A stretch of 64,000 bases of DNA from Candidatus Niyogibacteria bacterium (GTDB lineage: Bacteria; Patescibacteriota; Minisyncoccia; JACROR01), in the NCBI GenBank assembly GCA_016186495.1, contig JACPLO010000002.1:6857-70856 (forward strand), read 5' to 3'. The position numbers and the translations under genes were made by a program. Numbering within the stretch: position 1 is the first letter of the stretch; each line of letters begins with the position of its first letter. Shown in pieces: positions 49,780-59,468 of this stretch. Under the pieces are notes generated by a model. That model saw nothing but the letters and a program-made list of their open reading frames with translations. It did not search any database and was not told the DNA's origin.

Positions 49780-50478
49780 GTGCCTTACCCATTTTTATTG
49801 CAATCCCATATTAAATCCGGCCGATTGGCTCACGGATATTTGTTGATCGGTTCAATTGAACAGGCAAGAAAAATCGCGGCGGAAGCGGCCGGCCGGCTGC
49901 TTGAAAATTTCAATCAAAACCATCCTGATTTTTTTGAATTTTGCGGCGAATCTTTCGGCATCAGCGAGGCGAGAGAGTTAATCAGAAAAACTTATCTGAA
50001 AGCATTCGGCGCCGGCAACAAAAAAATATTTTTTATCGGCGCGGAAACTATAACTTTGGAAGCTGCCAGCGCGCTTTTAAAAACAATGGAAGATTTTTCA
50101 GACGCGGCGCATTTTTTTCTTTCCGTTCTTTCGGAGGAAAATTTGCCGGTTACTCTTTGTTCGCGATTGGTTAAAATCCGGATGGCTTTTGAGCCGGAAG
50201 CGGGCTTCACGGACTATTGGCGGAATTTTGAAAAGAAACCTCATATTGATAAAATGGAATATCTTAAAAAAATAGCGGATAAAAAAGATGAAAAAGAACA
50301 AAAAAAAATTTTGGACGCCCGCGAAATTTATTTTGAAGATATTTTAAAAAATAGCGGCAATGACGAACAGCGAAAAAAATCTTTGGAAAATTTGGAAAAT
50401 CTGGTTTTCGCGAGAGAATTAATGGACGGTCCGGCCGCTTATCCTAAATCTATTTTAGAATATCTGATATTAACATGA
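49780..50478 (+). CDS. DNA polymerase III delta'-like clamp-loader subunit (short)
   Basis: N-terminus HGYLLIGS... resembles HolB, but at 232 aa it is truncated relative to canonical delta'. Confidence 0.5.
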   Translation: MPYPFLLQSHIKSGRLAHGYLLIGSIEQARKIAAEAAGRLLENFNQNHPDFFEFCGESFGISEARELIRKTYLKAFGAGNKKIFFIGAETITLEAASALLKTMEDFSDAAHFFLSVLSEENLPVTLCSRLVKIRMAFEPEAGFTDYWRNFEKKPHIDKMEYLKKIADKKDEKEQKKILDAREIYFEDILKNSGNDEQRKKSLENLENLVFARELMDGPAAYPKSILEYLILT

Positions 50479-50604
50479 ATCCCGTTAGAGATTAAAACCT
50501 TTATTTTTTAACGGAATTTAAAAATATCATCAATGAAGATAATTGGAAATTACAAGAATAATTTACGGAAATGATTTTAATCATTTCCTATCTCTAACAG
50601 GATG
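50474..50604. repeat. 130-bp palindromic element, copy C
   Basis: About 90% identical to copies A and B. The holB-like TGA stop lies in the left TIR (aacATGAatcccg). The right TIR is slightly degenerate (taacagg). Confidence 0.9.
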
Positions 50605-50697
50605 AAATACGCTTTAATTATTATTTTAACATTTTTAATAATTATTTTTGTTGTTTCGGCGATAAGATTGATGATAGGAAATTAGTTTTTATTCAAA

Positions 50698-51255
50698 ATG
50701 CAAAATTATAATGATTTCTCAAAACTTGATATTGAAATTCAAAAAGCGATTCATTGGTTTGGCAATGAAATTATTTCTTTAAGAACCGGCCGCGCCAACC
50801 CCGCTTTAGTGGAGGATTTAGAGATTGATTCTTACGGTTCTAAAATGCCTTTAAAGCATTTGGCCGCGATCAGCACGGAAGACGCGCGCACTTTAAATAT
50901 CAAACCTTGGGATAAAAATAATATTCAAGCGATTGAGTTGGCGGTTCGTTCTTCCAATTTAGGGCTTCAGCCCCTGGTGGATCAGGATATTATCCGGATT
51001 ATTATTCCTGAACTTACCGAAGAGCGCCGCGGGGCTTTAAAAAAAATGCTTAAAGAAAAATTAGAGCAAGCTAAAGTTTCCGTCCGCCGAGCCAGGGACG
51101 AGGTTTGGAGCAAAATTCAGGAGAAAGAGCGCGCCGGAGAAATCAGCGAAGATGAAAAATTCCGCCTTAAAGACAAAATGCAGGAAAAAATTGACGCGGC
51201 TTTCAAAAAACTGGAAGAGATAGCCGATAAAAAAGAAAAAGAAATAAGTTTTTAG
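50698..51255 (+). CDS. frr: Ribosome recycling factor
   Basis: RRF family motifs and length, 185 aa. Confidence 0.9.
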   Translation: MQNYNDFSKLDIEIQKAIHWFGNEIISLRTGRANPALVEDLEIDSYGSKMPLKHLAAISTEDARTLNIKPWDKNNIQAIELAVRSSNLGLQPLVDQDIIRIIIPELTEERRGALKKMLKEKLEQAKVSVRRARDEVWSKIQEKERAGEISEDEKFRLKDKMQEKIDAAFKKLEEIADKKEKEISF

Positions 51256-51256
51256 A

Positions 51257-52339
51257 ATGCTGACCACTCTTTTTATTTTTTTTGTTATTTTAGTTTTATT
51301 GATTCTTTCGCATGAATTCGGGCATTTTATTTTTGCTAAATGGAATGGCGTTAAGGTGGAAGAATTCGGCTTTGGCTTGCCGCCGCGGCTTTTCAGCGTT
51401 AAAAAAGGAGAAACGGTTTATTCAATAAATCTTTTGCCTTTTGGCGGATTTGTGAAGATAGAAGGGGAAGAAATAAAAGACGATTTGCCGATCGGGCCGC
51501 GCAGTTTCGCGGCTAAAAGCATAAAAGCGCGGGCGATGATTATCGCGGCGGGCGTGTTTTTTAATCTTATCTTGGCGTTTTTTATTTTTTCTTTCGGCAA
51601 TTGGTGGGGAACGCCGGCCGCGCTCGGCGACGGAGAGAGAGCCGAAGATGAAAAAATATTTATCGTGGAAGTGCAGGAAAAATCTCCGGCGGAAACAGCC
51701 GGCCTTTTGGCGGGCGATACGCTGCTTAAGCTTAGAAGTAAAAGTGAAGAGTTGGCAGTTTCAAAAATCAGCGAAGTTCAGAATTTTATTAAGCAAAATC
51801 GCGGCCGGGAAATCACTGTTTTTTACAAAAGAGACGGGCAAGAATTAACCAGTTTGGCTAAACCGCGTTCGGAAACCAAAGAAAATGAAGGAGCGTTAGG
51901 AATCGTGATGGCTAAAATAGGGACAAAAAGTTATCCGTTCCATCAGGCAATCTGGCAAGGTTTAAAAACAACGATTTTTTTAACCGGCGCTATGGTCGCG
52001 GGCATTGTTGATTTTTTTGTGGTTTTAATCAGAGGTGAAGGAGGATTAGGGCAGATTGCCGGGCCGATAGGAATCGTCGGTTTGGTGGGAAGCGCGGCCA
52101 GTTTCGGTTTCTTATATCTTTTGCAATTTATGGCTTTTTTATCGGTTAATCTGGCGGTGATAAATTTTATTCCTTTTCCCGGGCTGGATGGCGGTCGGCT
52201 GTTTTTTTTGGCCGCGGAAGCGATCCGCGGCAAGCCGATTGGCGCTAAAATTAGCACATGGGCGCACGCGGTCGGTTTGGTTCTTCTTTTAATTTTAATG
52301 CTGATAATTACTTATAATGATATTGCGAAGATTCTTTAA
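51257..52339 (+). CDS. rseP: RIP zinc metalloprotease RseP (site-2 protease)
   Basis: HEFGH zinc motif in TM1, a PDZ, and the LDGG motif. Confidence 0.85.
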   Translation: MLTTLFIFFVILVLLILSHEFGHFIFAKWNGVKVEEFGFGLPPRLFSVKKGETVYSINLLPFGGFVKIEGEEIKDDLPIGPRSFAAKSIKARAMIIAAGVFFNLILAFFIFSFGNWWGTPAALGDGERAEDEKIFIVEVQEKSPAETAGLLAGDTLLKLRSKSEELAVSKISEVQNFIKQNRGREITVFYKRDGQELTSLAKPRSETKENEGALGIVMAKIGTKSYPFHQAIWQGLKTTIFLTGAMVAGIVDFFVVLIRGEGGLGQIAGPIGIVGLVGSAASFGFLYLLQFMAFLSVNLAVINFIPFPGLDGGRLFFLAAEAIRGKPIGAKISTWAHAVGLVLLLILMLIITYNDIAKIL

Positions 52340-52354
52340 TTTTAAGTTTAGTTA

Positions 52355-52702
52355 ATGAAAAAATTAAAAGACAGTTTTAAATTCGCTTTTAACGGTTTGA
52401 AAGAAACTCTTATTTTTGAGAGGAATTTTAAAATAATGCTTTTTGCCGCTTTATTGATGGCCGGAGCGGTATTTTATTTTGATTCCACTCGGACGGAAAA
52501 AGCGGTTATTTTTACGGCGATTTTCGCGGTTTTGACTTTGGAATTGGTGAATACCGCGATTGAACGAATTTTGGATTTTCTTGAACCGGCGCATCATGAA
52601 CAAGTGCGGATTATAAAAGACTTGATGGCCGCCGTGGTAATGGTGGCTTGTTTTGGCGCGGTTATTATCGGTTTAATAGTGTTTTGGCCGCATTTTAGAT
52701 AA
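52355..52702 (+). CDS. dgkA: Diacylglycerol/undecaprenol kinase DgkA family
   Basis: E(L)VNTAIE motif, 3 TM, 115 aa. Confidence 0.7.
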   Translation: MKKLKDSFKFAFNGLKETLIFERNFKIMLFAALLMAGAVFYFDSTRTEKAVIFTAIFAVLTLELVNTAIERILDFLEPAHHEQVRIIKDLMAAVVMVACFGAVIIGLIVFWPHFR

Positions 52703-52782
52703 AAATAAGATAAGAAAAACTAAATTAATATTATAAAAATCCAGCAAGGAATATTCTTTGCTGGATTTTTAAAACAATAGAT

Positions 52783-53343
52783 TTAAAAAAAATGGATGGT
52801 CAGAAAACCTTGAACTCTGGCGAGTTCAATAATCGTTGATAAATCATCAACGATTACAGTTTCGTTTACTTCTATGTTATTTTCAGCAATAAATGATTTT
52901 AAATTTTTGAATACGCAAATATCCGGTTTTATTTTTTTTGATTTTTTAAATTTAATGTTAATCGGCAGAGTAAATAAAAACGGCTTTATAAATAAATCCA
53001 GAATATTTTCTCTAGTTTGGATAAAATCAAAATCGCTGAATTCAAAAGGAAGATTATTTTCAAAAAAAATAATCCGATGAAGAGACCAAAGCGATCGGTC
53101 GGTCAGAAGGCCGACCAGACAATGATTTTTCTTTAATTTTTTTATGCTTTCTACCATCTCTGTCTTTATTATCACTTGCGATTTCTTATTTAAGATAAAT
53201 TCAGTAATTTCCTGGAGAAAAAGGAAAATTTTTGGCGTTCTTATTTTCATTTTTTTTGCCAGCCATCGCCATAATTTTTCTCCTTTCCCGCATTCCACGA
53301 TAACGCCGTCAAAATCCAAAACCACCATTTTTATCTGCGGCAA
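52783..53343 (-). CDS. HAD-superfamily hydrolase-like protein
   Basis: N-terminal DxDGV (VVLDFDGVIVE) motif I. Confidence 0.5.
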   Translation of the reverse strand: MPQIKMVVLDFDGVIVECGKGEKLWRWLAKKMKIRTPKIFLFLQEITEFILNKKSQVIIKTEMVESIKKLKKNHCLVGLLTDRSLWSLHRIIFFENNLPFEFSDFDFIQTRENILDLFIKPFLFTLPINIKFKKSKKIKPDICVFKNLKSFIAENNIEVNETVIVDDLSTIIELARVQGFLTIHFF

Positions 53344-53474
53344 TCAAACCACCTCCTTTTTATATTATAAAAGTGCCGTTTAATCTTTTTAATAAGATTA
53401 AGATATCGCGGCAATTATGTCAAAAAAATTATGTTTTGTTTGTTCATCGCCGGAAATAATGTTAATCTGTCAGT

Positions 53475-54722
53475 ATGCGCCAATCAAAACTTTTCGCTAA
53501 AACCGGCAAAAACGCTCCGAAAGACGAGATTACGAAAAACGCCGCGCTTCTTGTCCGCGCCGGTTTCATAGATAAATTGATGGCCGGAGTTTACACTTTT
53601 TTGCCGCTGGGTTTTCGCGCGCTTAAAAAAATTGAAGCGATTATCCGGGAAGAAATGGAAAAAGCCGGCGGCCAAGAAATTTTAATGCCCGCGCTTCAGC
53701 CGAAGGAAAATTGGGAAAAAACCGGCCGCTGGAAAACGATGGATGATCTTTATAAAATTAAAGATAAAAGCGGGCGTGAATTTGCTTTAGGCCCGACCCA
53801 TGAGGAAGTCATCGTGCCTTTGGTTAAAAAGCATATTTTTTCTTATAAAGATCTGCCGTTCTGCGTTTTTCAGATTCAGGATAAATTCAGGATGGAATTG
53901 CGGCCTAAGTCCGGCCTTTTGCGCGGCCGGGAATTTATGATGAAAGATTTTTATTCTTTCCACGCCGACCAAAAAGATTTAGAAAAATATTACGAAGAAA
54001 TGAAGCGCTATTATCGGAATATTTTTGAAAAATGCGGCTTGGCCGGAAAAACTTATCTTACTTTTGCTTCCGGCGGAAGTTTTTCAAAATATTCCCATGA
54101 ATTTCAGGCCATAACCGAAGCCGGTGAAGATACAATTTATCTTTGTGAATCCTGCCAAATTGGGGTAAATAAAGAAATTATAAACGAACAAAGCGATTGC
54201 CCCGAATGCGGAAACAAAAATTTAACCGAGAAAAAATCGATTGAAGTCGGAAATATTTTTAATTTAAAAACAAAATTTTCCGATGCTTTCGGTTTGAAAT
54301 ATAAAAATGAAAAAGGCGAAGAATTTCCCGTTTTTATGGGTTGTTATGGCCTTGGCTTGGGGCGGCTTTTAGGCGCAATCGCGGAAACGCAAAATGACGA
54401 CAAAGGCCTGATTTGGCCGAAAAATGTCGCGCCATATTCGGTTCATTTAATCAATATTGCCGGCGTTGAAAAAGAAGCGGATAATCTTTATGAAGATTTG
54501 AAGAGCCGCGGGTTTGAAATTTTATATGACGATCGCGGCGATAAAAGCGCGGGCGAGAAATTTTCCGACGCGGATTTAATCGGTTTGCCTTTCCGGGTGG
54601 TGGTCAGCGAGAAAACGATAAAAGAAAAAAAGTATGAAATTAAAGAGCGGGGCAGAAAAACGATAAAGTTGATAAATAAGAAAGAATTGTTAGAAATTTT
54701 AATTAAACAATGTGAATTATAA
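53475..54722 (+). CDS. proS: Proline--tRNA ligase (class II, compact form)
   Basis: N-terminus MRQSKLFAKTGKNAPKDE...RAGFI, class II motifs, and a Cys cluster. Confidence 0.72.
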   Translation: MRQSKLFAKTGKNAPKDEITKNAALLVRAGFIDKLMAGVYTFLPLGFRALKKIEAIIREEMEKAGGQEILMPALQPKENWEKTGRWKTMDDLYKIKDKSGREFALGPTHEEVIVPLVKKHIFSYKDLPFCVFQIQDKFRMELRPKSGLLRGREFMMKDFYSFHADQKDLEKYYEEMKRYYRNIFEKCGLAGKTYLTFASGGSFSKYSHEFQAITEAGEDTIYLCESCQIGVNKEIINEQSDCPECGNKNLTEKKSIEVGNIFNLKTKFSDAFGLKYKNEKGEEFPVFMGCYGLGLGRLLGAIAETQNDDKGLIWPKNVAPYSVHLINIAGVEKEADNLYEDLKSRGFEILYDDRGDKSAGEKFSDADLIGLPFRVVVSEKTIKEKKYEIKERGRKTIKLINKKELLEILIKQCEL

Positions 54723-54874
54723 AATACTCCTAAATTGCTTTTCTCAACGCGGTAAGAGGGAGACCCTAAATCCCCCCTATTATAACAGGTCGCAAAGCGA
54801 CCTAAAGTAGACTCCCCCTTAATCGTTTCCAAAAGCAATTTAGGAGTATTTTGTAATTAAAAGTTTTATAATTT
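54723..54874 (+). promoter_or_regulatory. Structured leader upstream of mreB2: 21-bp inverted repeat + conserved motif
   Basis: aatactcctaaattgcttttc ... caaaagcaatttaggagtatt flank a ggtcgc-aaa-gcgacc hairpin. The 3' part matches 18484-18540. Confidence 0.5.
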
Positions 54875-55927
54875 ATGCTTAATAAAATTTTTTCACTTTT
54901 TTCCCATGATATCGGCATTGATTTAGGGACAGCCAATACGTTAGTTTACGTGAAAGGCCGGGGAATTGTCATAAATGAACCTTCGGTTGTGGCGATTAAT
55001 CAGAAAACCGGGCAGATCGTGGCAATTGGCGCAAACGCCAAAAGAATGGTGGGCCGGACGCCAACTCATATTGCGGTGGTGCGTCCTTTGGTGGAAGGAG
55101 TGATTTCTGATTTTGAAGTAACCGAAGAAATGATTTCTTATTTTATCCGTAAAGTGCATTCTAACCGCGCTTTTTTGACGGCGCGGCCAAAAGTGGTGAT
55201 CGGGATTCCTTCGGGCATTACGGAAGTGGAGAGGCGCGCCGTCAGGGACGCGGCTAAAAATGCCGGCGCCCGGGAAGTTTATTTAGTGGAAGAGCCGATG
55301 GCGGCGGCCATCGGCATTAGAATGCCGATTTACGAACCGATCGGCAATATGATAATTGATATCGGCGGCGGGACGAGCGATATCGCGGTTATTTCATTGG
55401 GAGGAATTGTAAAATCCACCAATCTGCGCGTGGCGGGCGATCGTTTCAATCAAGATATTATAAATTACGTGCGCGATGAATTTAAAATTTTGATCGGTGA
55501 AAGAACCGCCGAAGACGTTAAAATGGCGATCGGTTCCGCTTATAACAACGGCGATTCTTCAGAGTCTATTATTCGGGGCCGCGATCTGATAACCGGTTTG
55601 CCGCGCGAAATATCGGTAAGCGACGCTGATATCAGAGAAGCTATTTCTAAATCCGTAAAATCTTTAATTTATTCGGTCAAGGAATTAATTGAAGAAACGC
55701 CGCCGGAACTGGTTTCGGACATTATGCATCGCGGCATTATGATGGTGGGCGGCGGATCATTTTTAAAAGGCTTAGATAGAATTATAGAAATGGAAACTAA
55801 AATACCGGTAAAAGTGGCCGAAGATCCTTTAACGGCAGTGGTGCGCGGAACCGGGATTATTCTTGAAGATATCGCGGCGATAAAAGACGTTTTAATAAAC
55901 CATGAAGACGATTTACCGCCCCGATAA
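54875..55927 (+). CDS. mreB: MreB (paralogue 2)
   Basis: IGIDLGTANTLVYV and DIGGGTSD motifs. It is followed by mreC, mreD and pbp2. Confidence 0.9.
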   Translation: MLNKIFSLFSHDIGIDLGTANTLVYVKGRGIVINEPSVVAINQKTGQIVAIGANAKRMVGRTPTHIAVVRPLVEGVISDFEVTEEMISYFIRKVHSNRAFLTARPKVVIGIPSGITEVERRAVRDAAKNAGAREVYLVEEPMAAAIGIRMPIYEPIGNMIIDIGGGTSDIAVISLGGIVKSTNLRVAGDRFNQDIINYVRDEFKILIGERTAEDVKMAIGSAYNNGDSSESIIRGRDLITGLPREISVSDADIREAISKSVKSLIYSVKELIEETPPELVSDIMHRGIMMVGGGSFLKGLDRIIEMETKIPVKVAEDPLTAVVRGTGIILEDIAAIKDVLINHEDDLPPR

Positions 55928-56693
55928 GTCTTTTAAAAGCGTTAGTTTTAAGATATTGGCAAGCGTTTTTATAGCGCTTGTTTTATTGACCGTGGCTTAT
56001 TTTGATTTTTTGGAAGCGGCTTTGGCAAATTCTATTTTTAATTTTTTCAAACCGATTTTAAATTTTTCAATCTCGGCTAAAAATACTTTAAACGGCTTTA
56101 TTTTCATTTTCGCGGATAAAATCCGGCTGGCGGAAGAAAACAAGAATTTGCAAGAAACCGCGGATGATTTGAAAGGGCGTTTGGAAAATTTAGAATTAAT
56201 TAAGAAAGAAAATAAAGAATTACGGGAAATGCTGGGCCGGATTTCCGAAGAGAAAATTTTAGCCAATGTTGTTTTATTTTCGCCGGAAATCTATGATGCT
56301 TTTATTTTAGATGTCGGCGGAGAAGAAGGCGTGAAAGCGGGGATGAATGTGGTTTCTTCGGGAGATATCTTTTTAGGTTATATTAGCGAGGTTTACGCTA
56401 AGACCAGTCGGGCAACTTTTATTTCCTATCCTAATCAGGAAACTAACATTTTTTTGGAAAATAGCGGGACGCCGATTACAGCCGTAGGATTAGGAGGAGA
56501 AATGATGAAATTTTCTTTGCCGCGCGAAGCTTCTGTTCAGGTCGGCGAAAGAGCGCTGATTATGGCTAAGACGGCGCGCTTGGTCGGTTTTGTGGAAAAA
56601 ATAGAAAAATCCAGCACGAATTCTTTGCAAAATGTTATTTTACGTTTACCTTTGAATATCCGAAATTTAAGAACCGCGTTGATTATTAAATAA
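55902..56693 (+). CDS. mreC: Rod shape-determining protein MreC
   Basis: N-terminal TM, coiled-coil, and beta-rich C-terminus. It lies downstream of mreB. Confidence 0.78.
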   Translation: MKTIYRPDKSFKSVSFKILASVFIALVLLTVAYFDFLEAALANSIFNFFKPILNFSISAKNTLNGFIFIFADKIRLAEENKNLQETADDLKGRLENLELIKKENKELREMLGRISEEKILANVVLFSPEIYDAFILDVGGEEGVKAGMNVVSSGDIFLGYISEVYAKTSRATFISYPNQETNIFLENSGTPITAVGLGGEMMKFSLPREASVQVGERALIMAKTARLVGFVEKIEKSSTNSLQNVILRLPLNIRNLRTALIIK

Positions 56694-56699
56694 ATCCCG

Positions 56700-57173
56700 A
56701 TGGCTTTAAATGTTATTTTAGAGAGAATTTTATATTTTTTTATTTTGATTTTTGGAATTTTTATTTTGCCTTGGCCGGCGTTATTTGGATTTTTTTCGTA
56801 TTTAATAGCGCGTTTTTCCTGGGCGTTTGAATTAATTATCGTCGGCATAGTGTTGGACGCTTTCAGCGGTTTGCCTTTCGGTTTTTTTTCTTTTTTATTT
56901 TTAGTAAGTTTATTGGCGATAGAATTTTTAAGATCGTTTTTTTATGAACAAGGATTTTATGTCATTCTTATCCGGGGGTTGGCGGCAATATCGGTTTTTT
57001 TTATTCTGGAAACGGCATTTTTCGGAATTTTTCAGGGAGCCGCTGTTTATGGAAACTTTGGATTTTGGAAAGCGTTATTTTTCAGTTATTTGACGGCTTT
57101 GATTGTTTTGTTTTCAGCTTTAATTTTTCATTTGATTATTTCTTATGCGGCAAAGAAAGAAAATTTTTTCTAA
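56700..57173 (+). CDS. mreD: Rod shape-determining protein MreD
   Basis: Polytopic small membrane protein between mreC and pbp2. Confidence 0.62.
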   Translation: MALNVILERILYFFILIFGIFILPWPALFGFFSYLIARFSWAFELIIVGIVLDAFSGLPFGFFSFLFLVSLLAIEFLRSFFYEQGFYVILIRGLAAISVFFILETAFFGIFQGAAVYGNFGFWKALFFSYLTALIVLFSALIFHLIISYAAKKENFF

Positions 57174-58857
57174 AAAAGACATATCTCCCGACGAAATATT
57201 TTTAGACGCCAAAAATATGCCGAATTTCAGCCGGGAAAGTTTTGAGGGAATAATGGAAAAAGCCATTATTTCCGCCAACGCTTGGGTAATGACGGCGGTT
57301 TTCGGATTGGTTTTAGCGGTTATGTTTTTGAAAGTAGGTATTCTTCAGATCAGCCAAGGAGAAATGTTTTATCAGAGAGCTAAGGAAAATCGTTTGCATT
57401 TAATGTCCCTTTTTCCGGAAAGAGGAGTAATTTATGATCGGCGCGGCCTGGAGTTGGCCCGGAATGAAAATTTTTCCAATGAAATTATCCGCGTTTACGC
57501 TGATTTGCCCGGTTTGTCGCATCTTTTAGGATATATGGGTTTTCTTTCAGAAGAAGAATTAAAAGAAGGAAATTTTGATCGGCAGTCTAAATACGGCCGG
57601 GCGGGGCTGGAAAAAGGGCTGGATAATTTTTTAAGAGGAAAAGAAGGGCAGCGTTTGGTGGAAGTTGATTCTTTAGGCAAAATAGTTTCGGAAAGTATTC
57701 AACGAGCGCCGGAAAATGGAGCTAATATCACGCTTAGCATTGACGCCGAGATGCAGTCAAAACTTTTTGAGAAAATTCAAAATACCGCCCAAGACCGAGG
57801 GTTTAAAGGGGGAGCGGGAATTGTAATGGATTCTCAAAACGGCGAGATTTTAGCGATGACCAGTTGGCCGGAATACGATCCTAACGCTTTTTCAAAAGGA
57901 GAAGCTGAAAAATTGCCTTTTTTCTTGAATAATGAGGAAAAACCGCTTTTTTTTAGGGCAATTTCCGGACTTTATTCGCCGGGTTCCTCGATTAAACCAG
58001 TTATCGCTTTAGCGGCTTTAAAAGAGGGAGTGATTGATAAGGACCATTCTATTTTCAGCGCGGGAAGCATTTCTGTGGCTAATCCTTACGATCCCGGCAA
58101 GAAATCCGTGTTTTACGATTGGAAAGCGCATGGCTGGGTGAATCTTGAAAAAGCGCTGGCGGTTTCATCAAATGTTTATTTTTACGCGATTGGCGGCGGT
58201 TTTGAAGAAATCAGCGGCCTTGGCGTTTCGCGCCTTAAAAAATATTTTGAAATGTTCGGTTTGGGGAAAAAGACCGGGCTTGAATTTTTGCCGGAAGAGG
58301 AAGGGTTTATTCCAAGCCCGGATTGGAAAGAAAAATATTTTTCAGACAAAATTTGGCGCTTGGGAGACACTTATAATTTAAGCATCGGCCAAGGATGGCT
58401 TGAGGTTACTCCGCTTCAAATGGCGGTCGTGACTTCAATCATCAGCCAAAATGGCAAAAAAATTAAACCCCATTTGGTAAAAGAGATGATTTTTACCGAT
58501 AAAAAGAATGTTCCTTTGCCGTTAAGTTTTGAGAAAATTGATATTGAAGAAAAATATTTTAAAATTGTTAAAGAAGGAATGAAGATGGCCGTGGAAGAAG
58601 GAACCGCAAAAGCGCTTTCCGGTTTAAGGGCAGAGATAGCGGCTAAAACCGGCACAGCCCAAATCGGAAGCAATAGGGTGGATTCCTGGCTTGTCGCTTT
58701 CGCGCCTTATGATAATCCTCGGCTGGTTTTAACCATAGTTTTGGAAGGAGGAAACGCCAATAATTTAATAGGCGCTCCTTTTGCGGCTAAGCAATTTTTT
58801 GAGTGGCTGATTTTAAATCGTCCCGAATATCTGGCTGTTGATAACGGGATTGACTGA
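57145..58857 (+). CDS. mrdA: Penicillin-binding protein 2 (elongasome transpeptidase)
   Basis: SSIK (SxxK), SSN and KTGT motifs, with an N-terminal TM. Confidence 0.88.
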   Translation: MRQRKKIFSKKDISPDEIFLDAKNMPNFSRESFEGIMEKAIISANAWVMTAVFGLVLAVMFLKVGILQISQGEMFYQRAKENRLHLMSLFPERGVIYDRRGLELARNENFSNEIIRVYADLPGLSHLLGYMGFLSEEELKEGNFDRQSKYGRAGLEKGLDNFLRGKEGQRLVEVDSLGKIVSESIQRAPENGANITLSIDAEMQSKLFEKIQNTAQDRGFKGGAGIVMDSQNGEILAMTSWPEYDPNAFSKGEAEKLPFFLNNEEKPLFFRAISGLYSPGSSIKPVIALAALKEGVIDKDHSIFSAGSISVANPYDPGKKSVFYDWKAHGWVNLEKALAVSSNVYFYAIGGGFEEISGLGVSRLKKYFEMFGLGKKTGLEFLPEEEGFIPSPDWKEKYFSDKIWRLGDTYNLSIGQGWLEVTPLQMAVVTSIISQNGKKIKPHLVKEMIFTDKKNVPLPLSFEKIDIEEKYFKIVKEGMKMAVEEGTAKALSGLRAEIAAKTGTAQIGSNRVDSWLVAFAPYDNPRLVLTIVLEGGNANNLIGAPFAAKQFFEWLILNRPEYLAVDNGID

Positions 58858-58895
58858 AATTCAGGAGTAAGATAAGGTGTCTAAATAAATTTAAT

Positions 58896-59384
58896 ATGGC
58901 TAATCATAATTATAATATTGAATATTTAAGCAAAGAAGGTTTTGAAAAACTTCGGGAAGAGTTGAGGATTTTAAGTAATGAACGCCGCCGAAAAATAGCC
59001 GAGCGTTTGGAATACGCAAAATCTTTAGGTGATCTTTCCGAGAATGCCGAATATCAGCAAGCTAAAGAAGATCAAACTTCCAATGAAATGCGCATCGCGG
59101 AATTGGAAAATATTCTGCAGGGAGCGGAAATTATCCAAAAATCTTCGGCCGATACTGTGGAAGTAGGCGCAAAAGTGGTGGCGGAAAAAAGCGAAACAAA
59201 AGCGGCCAAGCGCGGCGTTTGCGAATTTTTAATCGTTGGTTCAGAAGAAGCGGATCCGGCGGCTAACAAGATTTCTCACGAATCTCCCATTGGCCGCGCT
59301 TTTTTGGGAAAAAAGAAAGGAGAAGAAGTGAATGTTCTTACTCTCAAAGGCGCGGTTTATTACAAAATTTTGGATATTCTTTAA
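58896..59384 (+). CDS. greA: Transcription elongation factor GreA
   Basis: N-terminal coiled-coil with acidic tip and a C-terminal FKBP-like domain. Confidence 0.9.
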   Translation: MANHNYNIEYLSKEGFEKLREELRILSNERRRKIAERLEYAKSLGDLSENAEYQQAKEDQTSNEMRIAELENILQGAEIIQKSSADTVEVGAKVVAEKSETKAAKRGVCEFLIVGSEEADPAANKISHESPIGRAFLGKKKGEEVNVLTLKGAVYYKILDIL

Positions 59385-59468
59385 ATTCAGCCTTTTATTG
59401 TGTTATAATAATATGATAATGCTTGCCTGAAATTTGCCATTTAGCGGTATAATAACAGATTTCTAAAA

